Below, piece by piece: positions 1 to 9,115 of a stretch of 24,000 nucleotides of DNA. Origin of the DNA: an uncultured delta proteobacterium (lineage in GTDB: Bacteria > Desulfobacterota > Desulfomonilia > Desulfomonilales > Desulfomonilaceae); assembly GCA_963747865.1 (NCBI GenBank), contig CAVVHK010000021.1, positions 1 through 24,000 on the forward strand, read 5' to 3'. The number at the start of each line of letters is the position of its first letter. The stretch's first letter is position 1. The position numbers and the translations under genes are program-made. The notes under the pieces are model-generated. The model saw nothing but the letters and a program-made list of their open reading frames with translations. It searched no databases and was not told the DNA's origin.

Positions 1-3
1 TTA

Positions 4-348
4 CTACCAAACCCTTAAAACCTTCCAGCCTTGTTTTTTAAGCTTAGCCCTATTGTTCCTGTCGCGCAAAATATTCGACTGGATTTTCCCACCCCGGAAT
101 CTTTTTTAGGCAACCTGCTCTTTGTTTTGTTAAAATCATATCCGTGCCAAAAGTCCCCATCTATAAAAATGGCTATTTTTTCCTTTTGGCAAAGCTATGT
201 CCGGGCTTCCGGCGCACTTCTTATAATGCCTTTGGAAATATACTTTGCGCCTCCTAAGCTCCCTGAAAACCAAGCTTTCAATTTTAGTATTCTTGGAGCG
301 TACTTTAGACATGATGTCGCTCCTTTTTTTCTTGCTGAAAACATCCAT
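4..348 (-). CDS. Very-short-patch-repair (Vsr) endonuclease-like protein, frameshifted, next to the left window edge
   Basis: ORF 136..348(-) MDVFSKKKRSDIMSKVRSKNTKIESLVFRELRRRKVYFQRHYKKCAGSPDIALPK matches the Vsr N-terminal pattern. Other frames continue with IAIFIDGDFWHGYDF and KIQSNILRDRNNRAKLKKQGWKVLRVW, which needs at least 2 indels. Confidence 0.85.
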
Positions 349-439
349 AAAATGATTTATGCCCTGTGGATAATTACCCGCTTGGATATTCGGTTTTTAT
401 TCGGGTATAATGAAATAATTATATCATAATAAAAATGCT

Positions 440-1041
440 ATGGAAACATTAACAAAAAAGCAAAAACAAATTTTCGACTTCTTCAACTCATATATAGAAG
501 ACAATGGCATATCCCCTACCTTTAGGAGATAGGAAAAAATTTAAGCTGAAAGCGATATCTACTGTCCATGAACATATCGGGATGATTAAAAAAAAAGGCT
601 ATCTTTTAAAAACCGAACAGCTCTCAAAGAAGTTTCGCGCCAAAAAAAGAAAACAAATCTAGTTATAGAAATACCTATAGTCGGGCGAATCCATGCCGGC
701 CAGCCGATTGAGGCAATTGAAAATATGAGGATACGGTTTCGGTAGTCAATCCGAAAATAAAAAAAGCTAACGGCTATTACGCCCTGCGCGTTGCGGGAAA
801 TAGCATGATCGATGAAGGAATTTTCGACGGCGATATTGTTGTCATCAAAAAACAATCTGTTGCAGACAATGGCCAGACCGTCGTGGCTATCATCGACGAA
901 AATCAGGCCACTCTTAAAAAACTCTATCGGGAGAAAAACAGGATAAGGCTCGAACCGAGGAATCCAAATATGCTTCCAATTTTCAGGAAAGATGTTGAGA
1001 TCAGGGGCGTCGTCGTGCAGGTAATAAGCGATATTAATGAC
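440..1041 (+). CDS. lexA: LexA-like SOS repressor (winged HTH + S24 autoprotease), broken by several single-base frameshifts
   Basis: ATG at 440: METLTKKQKQIFDFFNSYIEDNGISPTFR. Then in shifted frames: LKAISTVHEHIGMIKKKGYLLKTEQLSKKF; IPIVGRIHAGQPIEAIEN; EDTVSVVNPKIKKANGYYALRVAGNSMIDEGIFDGDIVVIKK (catalytic Ser region) and VVAIIDENQATLKKLY (catalytic Lys region). Confidence 0.85.
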
Positions 1042-2013
1042 AAGCCCGAACAAGCTTCAACTAAAAAAACAAAACATGGATTTAAAACGCTGGATCTTTT
1101 TGCCGGAGTAGGCGGAATAAGATTGGGATTTGAAAAGGCCGGATTCAAAACGGTATTTGCAAACGATTTTGACGCGCAGTGCAAGAATACATATGATTTG
1201 AATTTCAAAAAATCAAAGCTTGTCGTAGAAGACATAAGGAAAGTTGGGATCGACGATCTTCCTGAATTTGATTTTTTGCTGGGAGGTTTCCCCTGCCAGG
1301 CTTTTTCCATCGCCGGATACAGGAAGGGCTTTGACGATGAAAAAGGCCGGGGAAATTTATTCTTTGATATTGCAAGAATTTTAGATGCTCGCAAGCCTGA
1401 AGGATTCTTGCTGGAAAATGTGAAAAATTTAAGAAGCCACGACGGAGGAAAACATTTAAAATAATTCAGGAAGCTCTGGAAGGCCTCGGATACCATATTA
1501 AAACAAAAGTTCTGAACAGCATGGAATATGGAAATGTTCCGCAAAATCGCGAGCGCATTTATATCGTGGGATTTAAAAACGCAGAATACCGCGATAAGTT
1601 TGAATTTCCGAATCCATCAAAACTCACAACAAAAATTACAGACCTCCTAGAAAAAAATGTTAATGAAAAATATTATTATAATGGAAAGCCCTTGTTTGAG
1701 AAGCTAAAAAATTTCGTAAAGGACGAAGGAAAAGTCTATCAATGGCGCAGGCAATATGTCCGAGAGAATAAAAGCGGAGTCTGCCCGACTTTACTGCAAA
1801 CATGGGAATGGGAGGCCACAACGTGCCGATTATAAAAGATGGAAACGGCATAAGGAAGCTTACTCCCTTGGAATGCTTTAGAATCCAGGGCTTCCCCGAG
1901 GATTTCCAATTGCCTAAAATATCAGACTCAGCTTTTATAAGCAAGCAGGAAACTCTGTAAGCGTCCCTGTGCTTGAAGCTGTAGCAAAACAAATGATGAG
2001 GGCTATGTCGTAG
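1035..2013 (+). CDS. C5-cytosine DNA methyltransferase (type II R-M), frameshifted
   Basis: Motif I FKTLDLFAGVGGIRLGFEKAGF, motif IV GGFPCQAFS, motif VI ENVKNL, motif VIII QNRERIYIVGF. The target-recognition region ends CPTL..GHNVPIIKDGNGIRKLTPLECFRIQGFP, followed by YKQAGNSVSVPVLEAVAKQM to TAG at 2011-2013. Frameshifts fall near 1460, 1795 and 1955. Confidence 0.93.
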
Positions 2014-2537
2014 CTACCAGACCTTCACGGATTTTGCCAAAGGTTTTATTCCATATCTCGCAATTATCTCTTTCTTGATGCCAAACCTCGGACGCCTTTT
2101 CTGCTCCTGCTGGTCGGTGAATTTCTCTTTTTTATTAAGGCTTGGTTTTTTATATATTTATTAGGAATCAAATATACGTCGAAATATCCATCGCATTTCC
2201 CATCGTTGTAAAAATCAAGCAAGTACAAATCGTCCCATTTGGATTTCGGCCCGAACGTGGTCAAATCTTTCTCAATGCTGCAAGGCTTAATCTGTTGGGC
2301 TTTCCCTGTTTTTAAATCAAAAGTATCAAATGATCCGGCAATGCCCTTATTCGTTCCCTTGATTTTAAGATATCTCCCCGCCCCGGACCATAAACAAAAA
2401 GCAACTTCGGATAATCCTTCAGGAAAATTCGGCTCCCTGGCTTTATAATCCCTTAAGCCAAGCTTGAGGTTTTTCCAAATATCAAAAATGTCCTTCCATT
2501 TCTTGCCGTCAGTTTTATCAAAATGCATTAATTGCAA
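2014..2537 (-). CDS. Type II restriction endonuclease, Bsp6I-like family, C-terminus frameshifted
   Basis: ORF 2064..2537(-) with FDLKTGKAQQIKPCSIEKDLTTFGPKSKWDDLYLLDFYNDGKCDGYFDVYLIP. After a frame change it reads KKEKFTDQQEQKRRPRFGIKKEIIARYGIKPLAKSVKVW*. It is convergent with and immediately abuts the methyltransferase stop. Family name is from memory of the motif. Confidence 0.7.
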
Positions 2538-2722
2538 ATTGCATTTCTGGCCGAAAACTTTGGTTCGTGTTCTTGAATTTCCATAAATTGTTTAAAATGA
2601 TTATTAGTTGAATTATCATATTCACTCTATTACTAAAAATGGCCGCTTTCAAGTGCTTTTGAGCTGGCGGGTTTTGAGGCACAGGGTCTGGACTAATAGG
2701 CACAATTGCGTCATTCCTTGTA

Positions 2723-2755
2723 CTTGAGGGGTAAACTATTAACCAACCCTTCAAG
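2723..2755. promoter_or_regulatory. Inverted repeat just upstream of the recombinase start codon
   Basis: CTTGAGGGGT - 13 nt - ACCCTTCAAG, 10 bp with one G-T pair, immediately before ATG at 2763. Confidence 0.4.
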
Positions 2756-2762
2756 CAAAAAC

Positions 2763-4086
2763 ATGGAACAAATAACACAAATAAAAAACAGTCTGCCGTC
2801 CCCTCCTCCTGTGATTATCGGGAAAATAAAGTACTGCCTTTATGCCAGGAAAAGCACAGAATCAGAGGAACGGCAGGTAATGTCGATAGATTCGCAGATA
2901 AAAGAAATGTTGCAGGTCGCAGAACGGGATGGGCTGGAAATCGTGGAAATCCGGCGAGAATCGCACTCTGCTAAAAATTCCAGCGAGAGGCCTGTGTTCA
3001 ATTCAATAGTTGAGGATATTAGATTAGGAAAATTCAACGGCATAATGACATGGGCGCCGGACAGGCTTTCCAGAAACGCTGGAGATTTAGGATCGCTAGT
3101 GGATTTGATGGATCAAAAATTATTGGCAGAGATAAGAACGCATAGCCAGATATTCACAAATAATCCGAATGAAAAATTTCTGCTAATGATATTGGGCAGT
3201 CAGGCAAAACTGGAAAATGATAACAGAGGTATTAACGTAAGGCGTGGCCTTCGTACCCGGTGTGAAATGGGCTTGCGGCCGGGCACAGCGCCAACAGGAT
3301 ATTTGAACGAAAAAAGGATTGATCGAAAATGCCAGGTTGCGCTGGATCTAGAACGAGCCCCGATTATCAAAAAAATGTTTGAAAAAGTGGCATTCGAAAA
3401 TTGGTCTGGCATAAAGCTTTATCACTGGATGAGATTTGAAATTAATTTCCGTACAATACATCAGCACCATCTTTCATTAAGTAATATCTACTTAATTTTA
3501 AGAAATACTTTTTACTACGGCGTTTTTGAATATCCAGAACACAGCGGCAACTGGTACAACGGAAAACACGAACCGATTATTGATAAAGATTTATTTGATA
3601 AGGTTCAACACCAACTAAAAGTAGATTATGTCAGAACAGAAAAGGAATTTGCTTTCACAAAACTTATAACTTGCGGACACTGCGGATCGGGAATTTCGGC
3701 TAGAGAAAAATTCAAAAAATTAAAAAATGGTAAGACATTGAAATTTATTTATTACGGATGCAGTAAAGTCCAGAAATTTACATTGCCACGAAGGCTATCT
3801 TCGGGAAGAGGATTTAATTAAACAACTGATGGATATTATTGATAAAATGGACTGAATGATATTGAAGTAAAACACAAATTCCCAAGAAGAGGTAAAAAGA
3901 TACAATATATTCCAAAAACGTGTATTAAAAAATGGAGATAATGAACAACCGCAAAAAGACGTAGATATTAAGAGTTATATGAAATATTTACTCAAGGAGG
4001 GCAGTATATCAGAAAAACGAGAAATACTTTCCTGCATAAAAAATAAGATTGTGATTAGAAAGAAAATTTTAAGCATAGAACAATAG
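2763..4086 (+). CDS. Large serine site-specific recombinase (resolvase N-domain, recombinase domain, zinc ribbon), frameshifted near the C-terminus
   Basis: ORF 2706..3821: YCLYARKSTESEERQVMSIDSQIKEM, WAPDRLSRNAGDLG, LITCGHCGSGISAREK, YYGCSK. In shifted frames it continues YLREEDLIKQLMDIIDKM..., then KDVDIKSYMKYLLKEGSISEKREILSCIKNKIVIRKKILSIEQ* (TAG 4084-4086). Confidence 0.93.
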
Positions 4087-4091
4087 AAAAT

Positions 4092-4120
4092 AAAAACAGA
4101 GTTTTTTGAGCTCTGTTTTT
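4092..4120. terminator. Bidirectional intrinsic-terminator-like hairpin between the convergent recombinase and maf genes
   Basis: AAAAACAGAG-TTTTTTGAG-CTCTGTTTTT, a perfect 10-bp stem with T tract. Confidence 0.7.
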
Positions 4121-4719
4121 AACTTTTGAACTTGGCTACAATTTTTCTAAAACGTTAACACCAAAATTTTTGAGCTCTTCCACTAACGGTAACATTGGCA
4201 GCCCTACAACATTGAAATAATCCCCCTCAATCTTTTCTACAAAAATTCCTCCGCGATGTTGCATGGCATAGGCGCCGGCTTTATTCACGGCTCGCCCAAA
4301 GAAATATAGTCATCAATATCTTTTTCCGAAATATCTGTAATAAAAACTTTTGTTTCTACCGATCTGGTAGCTTGTTTATTTGTTTCCGTATCGATTATTG
4401 TAAATCCAGTAATAACAGAATGCGCTTTTCCGCTGAGTTTATTTAGCATAATTTTAGCATTTTCTTTTGTATGCGGTTTGCCAAGAATTTCCTTATCTAA
4501 AATACAAAAAGTATCGGCTGCAATAATAATGGAATTTTCGTGCCTCTTTGCCACATCTTTTGCCTTTCCCAAAGATAAAAATTCCGCCAATTTACTTGGC
4601 TCCATTTTTAAGGTCATATCTTCTTCGTAATTACTTGGGTCCACTTCAAATTCCAAGCCAATTTGATTTAATAAATCTCTTCTTCCCTGAGAGCCTGACG
4701 CTAAAATTATTTTTTTCAT
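4119..4719 (-). CDS. maf: Maf-like nucleoside triphosphate pyrophosphatase, frameshifted
   Basis: MKKIILASGSQGRRDLLNQIGLEFEV..., IIAADTFCILDKEILGKPHTKENAKIMLNKLSGKAHSVITGF. After the frame change it reads NKAGAYAMQHRGGIFVEKIEGDYFNVVGLPMLPLVEELKNFGV. Confidence 0.92.
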
Positions 4720-4756
4720 ATTTTATATTTTTAAATTATTTTATTATATCACAAAT

Positions 4757-4785
4757 AAAAAACCCGCGGATAAACCTTGCGGGAA
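4757..4785 (-). terminator. Intrinsic-terminator-like hairpin, leftward transcription
   Basis: On the minus strand CCCGC-AAGGTTTATCC-GCGGG is followed by TTTTTT. Confidence 0.55.
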
Positions 4786-4820
4786 GTTGATGAGCTCAAA
4801 CTTCTAAGCTTTTTTTGAAG

Positions 4821-5509
4821 TTATTCAGCGCGATCAACGATGAGTCGCTGGAGAATCCCTCCCCAGTTTTTGCCGCCTTCGATGCGATCGTGCCGCACCA
4901 TGGTGAACTGCCGTATTTTCCTTCCCAGCTTCTGACTCAAGAAAGTATCGGGAATCAGTTCGCCCGTGTGTTCATCCAACCACACAAGGCTGAAGCCGTT
5001 GGTGCAAATCAAGCGAATGCCCTTTGCCTTGCTGGTCCCGGAGAAACAGTACGAGTGCGTCGAACGCACGATGGTCATGGTGACCCATATCCGTTACTAC
5101 GGCAACATTTTTGACGCCAGCATGAATTGCCAACAGGGCAATGATCGCACCCAGGGGCATCTCTTGTCCAGCAAAGCGCTCACCCTTTTCGCCAAGCTTT
5201 GCCGTGATGCGGGCATAAGCAGATACGGTCAAGACGACGTCGAAATTCGGATAAGTCGTGGCCTTCTCCATGCATTCCTGATAGTATTGCATGCGAATCG
5301 GTTTCTCCTGCGAATCCTTGCAGTCATACGGATCGGTGCTTCCGTACTTCTCCTTAAAAAAACGCTTCCGCGCGCTCACGATTCTTTTTCGGCACAAGTG
5401 CCGCCTGCGCTTGATCATAATTGCCGACGATCGTGAGATCGTGACCCTTCAGAGTCAACTCAGCCGACTTGCGGTGGACAGGACTGTCATCAAACACCAA
5501 AATCTTCAT
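4821..5509 (-). CDS. Receiver-like (response-regulator-like) hypothetical protein, frameshifted
   Basis: ATG at 5509: MKILVFDDSPVHRKSAELTLKGHDLTIVGNYDQA. Then ORF 4972..5418(-) ...YPNFDVVLT[D]LLMPAS..., GQEMPLGAIIALLAIHAGVKNVAVVTDMGHHDH, then ORF 4821..5078(-) ICTNGFSLVWLDEHTGELIPD...GGKNWGGILQRL. At least 4 indels. Confidence 0.6.
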
Positions 5510-5537
5510 CACACTTCTCCTTATTCAGTTTTCCAAA

Positions 5538-5594
5538 GAACCCTGTTTCGTCCTTTCGGACTCATCAGCGAGGATACACATCCGAACAAGACCC
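5538..5594 (-). ncRNA. Hammerhead self-cleaving ribozyme candidate, copy A
   Basis: RNA 5'-GGGUCUUG UU CGGAUGUGUAUCCUCG CUGAUGA GUCC GAAA GGAC GAAA CAGGGUUC. It has the CUGAUGA core, a 4-bp stem II with GAAA loop, the GAAA core, and stem III pairing GGGUCUUG/CAGGGUUC with G-U pairs. Putative cleavage is after GUU, between 5585 and 5584. Confidence 0.8.
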
Positions 5595-5648
5595 ATATCT
5601 TCTTGACATGGGCTGTGATTTTTTAAGTATCACAACTTCTTTCAGTCG

Positions 5649-5804
5649 TCACTTTTTCTTTGGAGTCATCCTCCGAAAGAAATCGCGGACTTGATTCGCC
5701 AGCTCGATGATCTTTTGATCAGTGAGTTCTTTCTTGGGAATCATGAAGACATCAGCAGCGATGCGCGCCAGACGCTTGTCTTCCTTTGTCGGTTTTGCTT
5801 TCAT
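5649..5804 (-). CDS. Small hypothetical protein (51 aa)
   Basis: Minus strand ATG at 5804: MKAKPTKEDKRLARIAADVFMIPKKELTDQKIIELANQVRDFFRRMTPKKK*. Confidence 0.5.
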   Translation of the reverse strand: MKAKPTKEDKRLARIAADVFMIPKKELTDQKIIELANQVRDFFRRMTPKKK

Positions 5805-5840
5805 CTAAAGCTCCTTGGTTTGAGTAATTACTGTAATTGG

Positions 5841-6451
5841 TTACGATGCCCGAATGGCCAACAATGTATCGCACCATTGAAGTTGATTCCATTTGTCAGC
5901 CTCACTGAGACCTGCAACAAGACATTTGCATTTGTTGTCACAACCGGTTGCTGGATAATGTACATATCCGGCACCCTGACCAGGCCCCGACCACAAGTTG
6001 CCGAGCGCCTTAACGCTGAACATTTCATCTTTCCAATGTTGAGCGCCGAAAGCCAGGATGCTGATCCCTCGCAGGCCCTAGGCCCATGTGCCACAAGCGC
6101 TTAATCGCCTCATCAATCTTCATGCGCTCTGCATACTCATCGCCGCAGATAATAAGAAAAGCTTCGAATTCGACGATTCCGTTGCCGTTTATCGAAAATT
6201 TCTTGGTGCCGAAATCTTTGTCGACAGAGCTATATCCTCCGGCGGCGATCATCTCTTCAATGGACATGGAGTAATCAATCCTAATTGTGAAGCGCCTCTT
6301 AGTCTTGCGTTCAATCTTCACAATCTGTTCGGCGATGCAGTCCATAACTCCCTTCGCCTTCGAATGAAGAACATTGACGCATATGAGTTCCACCCTTTGC
6401 CTTCACCGAAGCTTCGATCTCAGTCCAAATATTCTTCAATTCTTTTGACAT
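5841..6451 (-). CDS. Hypothetical protein of a type I associate with CPR genomes, frameshifted
   Basis: Minus strand ATG at 6451 (MSKELKNIWTEIEASVKA...) preceded by a GGGGAA RBS. Then VMDCIAEQIVKIERKTKRRFTIRIDYSMSIEEMIAAGGYSSVDKDF..., and ALGNLWSGPGQGAGYVHYPATGCDNKCKCLVAGLSEADKWNQLQWCDTLLAIRAS*. Pieces are in different frames. Confidence 0.55.
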
Positions 6452-6488
6452 GATTCAAATTCCCCTATAGTTTTTTTCAAAGAACTTT

Positions 6489-6541
6489 TCCTGTTTCGCT
6501 CTTTTGAGCTCATCAGCGAGAGCACGCACTCTCGGACAAGA
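6489..6541 (-). ncRNA. Hammerhead self-cleaving ribozyme candidate, copy B
   Basis: RNA 5'-UCUUG UC CGAGAG UGCGUG CUCUCG CUGAUGA GCUC AAAA GAGC GAAA CAGGA. Stem I is 6 perfect bp, stem II 4 bp, stem III UCUUG/CAGGA, with a canonical GUC cleavage triplet (cleavage between 6535 and 6534). Confidence 0.88.
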
Positions 6542-6920
6542 GCCCACTCACAAGACAACTCCCGGCGATCCACAGGACCCAAGCGCTATCCATCTCAACC
6601 CAAGGAACCTCTTTTTCGGAGGACGGAATCCGCGCAGGCGCCACTCAAACGCAAGGACACATGGTCGCTCACGCCTGCCCCCGTTCATATAAAGATACGA
6701 AGCTATTTACGAACCGCTCTACTCGTCTCGTGCGTTAGCGAAGGCCTTGCAGGGCTTTCGCCGGTAAATCAATTATGAAGATGGCGCCCAAACGTCGCAT
6801 TTGCGCCCTTTGAAGCGCTCCCGCTTTAAATTTGAAATTGGCCCGAGGGAAGTATTGCAGCCGGCTCGAAGCCGTAATTTCGATATTTCGGGAATTCGCC
6901 CGCGGGTGTTCACACTGCAA

Positions 6921-7526
6921 TTACTTGTTTATTTTCGCCAATTGACCGATCAATTCTTCCAATCTCGGAACTGTATTGATATCGTGAATTTCTATGTACC
7001 TAATTATCCCTTGTTTGTCTATTACGAACAATGCCCTCTCCGCTGTGCCGTCACCTCTAAGCACTCCATAACTCTGAGCTACCGCGCCGTGAGGCGAAAA
7101 GTCGGAGAGCACCGGGAACCAGACGCCGCCCATTTCTTTAGTCCAGGCGAATAGGGTTGGCGCGTTATCAACGGAAATTCCGAGCACCACCGCCTGGTTC
7201 TTTTCAAAATACTCCTTGGCAATGTTGTAGCCCGGCCATTGCTGGGAGCATACAGGGGTCCATGCGGCGGGAACAAACGATAACACAACGTTTTTTTTGC
7301 CCCTGAATTCGCTCAAGCTTACTTTGCCCCCTGAAACTGACGGCAGAGTGAACTGCGGCGCAACGTCGCCCACTTTGGTCTTCAGTTGGCTGTCCGTGGC
7401 TTTGAGCGTCCCCGGATTGAAAATGCGCGGGTCCATTGGACTAGGGCCTTCCGGGTTCGCGGCCGATCCGACAAGACAAATCATGACGAAGACAACCGGC
7501 GACACTATGAATTTGGTTAAGCTCAT
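6921..7526 (-). CDS. Exported peroxiredoxin (AhpC/TSA family)
   Basis: Hydrophobic leader, then [46 protein letters not shown]...[16 protein letters not shown]. Confidence 0.9.
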   Translation of the reverse strand: MSLTKFIVSPVVFVMICLVGSAANPEGPSPMDPRIFNPGTLKATDSQLKTKVGDVAPQFTLPSVSGGKVSLSEFRGKKNVVLSFVPAAWTPVCSQQWPGYNIAKEYFEKNQAVVLGISVDNAPTLFAWTKEMGGVWFPVLSDFSPHGAVAQSYGVLRGDGTAERALFVIDKQGIIRYIEIHDINTVPRLEELIGQLAKINK

Positions 7527-7538
7527 GATTAAGCCCTA

Positions 7539-8103
7539 AAAAGATTCGTCGTTGCGGATTCTCTTCAGAAACCCCTCGGTATCCTTAATGCGTCCCAAAT
7601 GAACCCCCTTGACCTCAAAGGCTCCTGAACCGACCTTCTTCAGGGTACAAGAACGTCGGGGTCCGAACATGCTCGGAGAAGGCCTTCTGCACCGCAAATG
7701 AATCATCAGGCAGAAGAGGAAACTTGATGTCGTATTTTTTTCTGAACACGTCCACTTCAAAGGGCGTATTCCCGACTCCTATGCCCAACACTTTCAATTT
7801 GGTTTTTAGACTTTCATCTTTCTCAACCGCTGAGAACAGCTCGTTCACATTCGGCGCTTCCGCTTGACAAATCGGGCAATACATACTGAATATTTCCACG
7901 AGTAGGTAGGCCGCCGGAGCCTCAGAAAGCGTGAAGGACTCTTTCTTCTTCACCTGCAAGTAGGCCTGTTCATCTGCGTTCTTCGGGGCCTGGAAACGAA
8001 TCTTGCTCAGAGCGGTTGTGTCCACTTTAAGGGATGTGGCCATTGCGAAACCGGCGGAAACAGCGAAGGCGCAAATTAACAAAACAATTAAACGGTTACG
8101 CAT
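7539..8103 (-). CDS. TlpA/thioredoxin-like exported protein, one frameshift near 7665
   Basis: MRNRLIVLLICAFAVSAGFAMA...YLLVEIFSMYCPICQAEAPNVNELF. The C-terminal VKKVGSGAFEVKGVHLGRIKDTEGFLKRI is in another frame (ORF 7536..7760). Confidence 0.8.
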
Positions 8104-8176
8104 AGCAATTCCCCGACGAACTCCGTCTGTCACGAGAACGCCCCATCCTGCCGAGCCGCGTCTATCGCGCTTACGA

Positions 8177-8365
8177 TCATTTGGCCCCCGGCATGGGAAC
8201 AGGCTTAAACATTTTCTTGGTGGCGCCGCAGATCGGGCATTTCCAGTCATCGGGAAGGTCTTCAAAGGCCGTCCCTTTGGGAATCTTCCCTTTCCTATCC
8301 CCTCTGGAAGAGTCATAAATATATCCGCAATTCACAGTTTGGCACTGATAGAGTTGTTGGCTCAT
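8177..8365 (-). CDS. Rubredoxin
   Basis: 62 aa with CxxxxCGYIYD and CPICGA metal-binding motifs. The first motif is C-QTVN-C rather than the usual CxxC. Confidence 0.93.
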   Translation of the reverse strand: MSQQLYQCQTVNCGYIYDSSRGDRKGKIPKGTAFEDLPDDWKCPICGATKKMFKPVPMPGAK

Positions 8366-8474
8366 TTGGCGCCCTTGAATCCTTTCAGGTTAGATCTCAG
8401 GTAAATCGGCTCCTCAGATAATTCTGATCGCTTCGGATCGCGCTACTGAACCGTATCCATTCGGTTACGCGGGG

Positions 8475-8559
8475 GAGATTGCTTCGCCCCGCTCGCAATG
8501 ACAAGCCCAAATGTCATTGCGAGGACTGAAATCCCGCGTTCCGGCGGGAAAGCAATCTC
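8475..8559. repeat. Interspersed inverted-repeat element (GAGATTGCTTCG...CGCAATGAC ... GTCATTGCGAGGA...AGCAATCTC)
   Basis: Imperfect palindrome spanning the rubredoxin-desulfoferrodoxin intergenic region. The form is shared by many bacterial MITE/REP-like elements. Confidence 0.75.
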
Positions 8560-8743
8560 TGTATTCGCCGCTCATGACTGAATGGTTACAATGAACCAAT
8601 ATACCGATCTTCGAAAGCAGCGGGTCAATGAACGGGCTGCAATAATTATATCTCGTGAAGAGATTCGGGGAAGGCCTTTTTCCAAAGAAGCCCTCCCGCG
8701 TATCTCTTCCAAACACCCTTAGATTTGGCGACTTGCTCTAATA

Positions 8744-9115
8744 TCAGTCCTTCCAAAGTCCGTGCAGGTTACAGTATTCACGCGCCGTCCATTCGCCCTC
8801 CACAGGGAATACGGCTTCAGGAGCCTGGCCAGGTTTTAAGAATTGCTTGTAGGTTTTGTCGCCCGAAATAATCTCCACCCACTCGATAAAATGCTTTTCT
8901 TCCATAGGGTGAGGAACGGAGCCCACCTTCACCTTCAGCCCGCCGGCCACTGTCTCCTTCACCGGGACATGTTTCTCTTTAGCAGCGTCAACAGTGTTTT
9001 CTTTGAACAATTTCATAGCTTGGCCGCAACAAACAAGTTCTCCAACGCCAGTATGTACCATTTCCACAATGTTTCCACAAATTTCACATTTGTAAACCTG
9101 AAGAAGCTCTGTCAT
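8744..9115 (-). CDS. dfx: Desulfoferrodoxin / superoxide reductase
   Basis: [30 protein letters not shown]..., [32 protein letters not shown]. Confidence 0.96.
   Translation of the reverse strand: MTELLQVYKCEICGNIVEMVHTGVGELVCCGQAMKLFKENTVDAAKEKHVPVKETVAGGLKVKVGSVPHPMEEKHFIEWVEIISGDKTYKQFLKPGQAPEAVFPVEGEWTAREYCNLHGLWKD

Noticed and set aside
440-4086. Alternative genetic code (UGA=Gly, as in some CPR lineages) to explain broken genes in the left segment
   Set aside because: The breaks are frame changes, mostly ending at TAG or TAA after the shift. Homology resumes in another reading frame, so recoding would not repair them.
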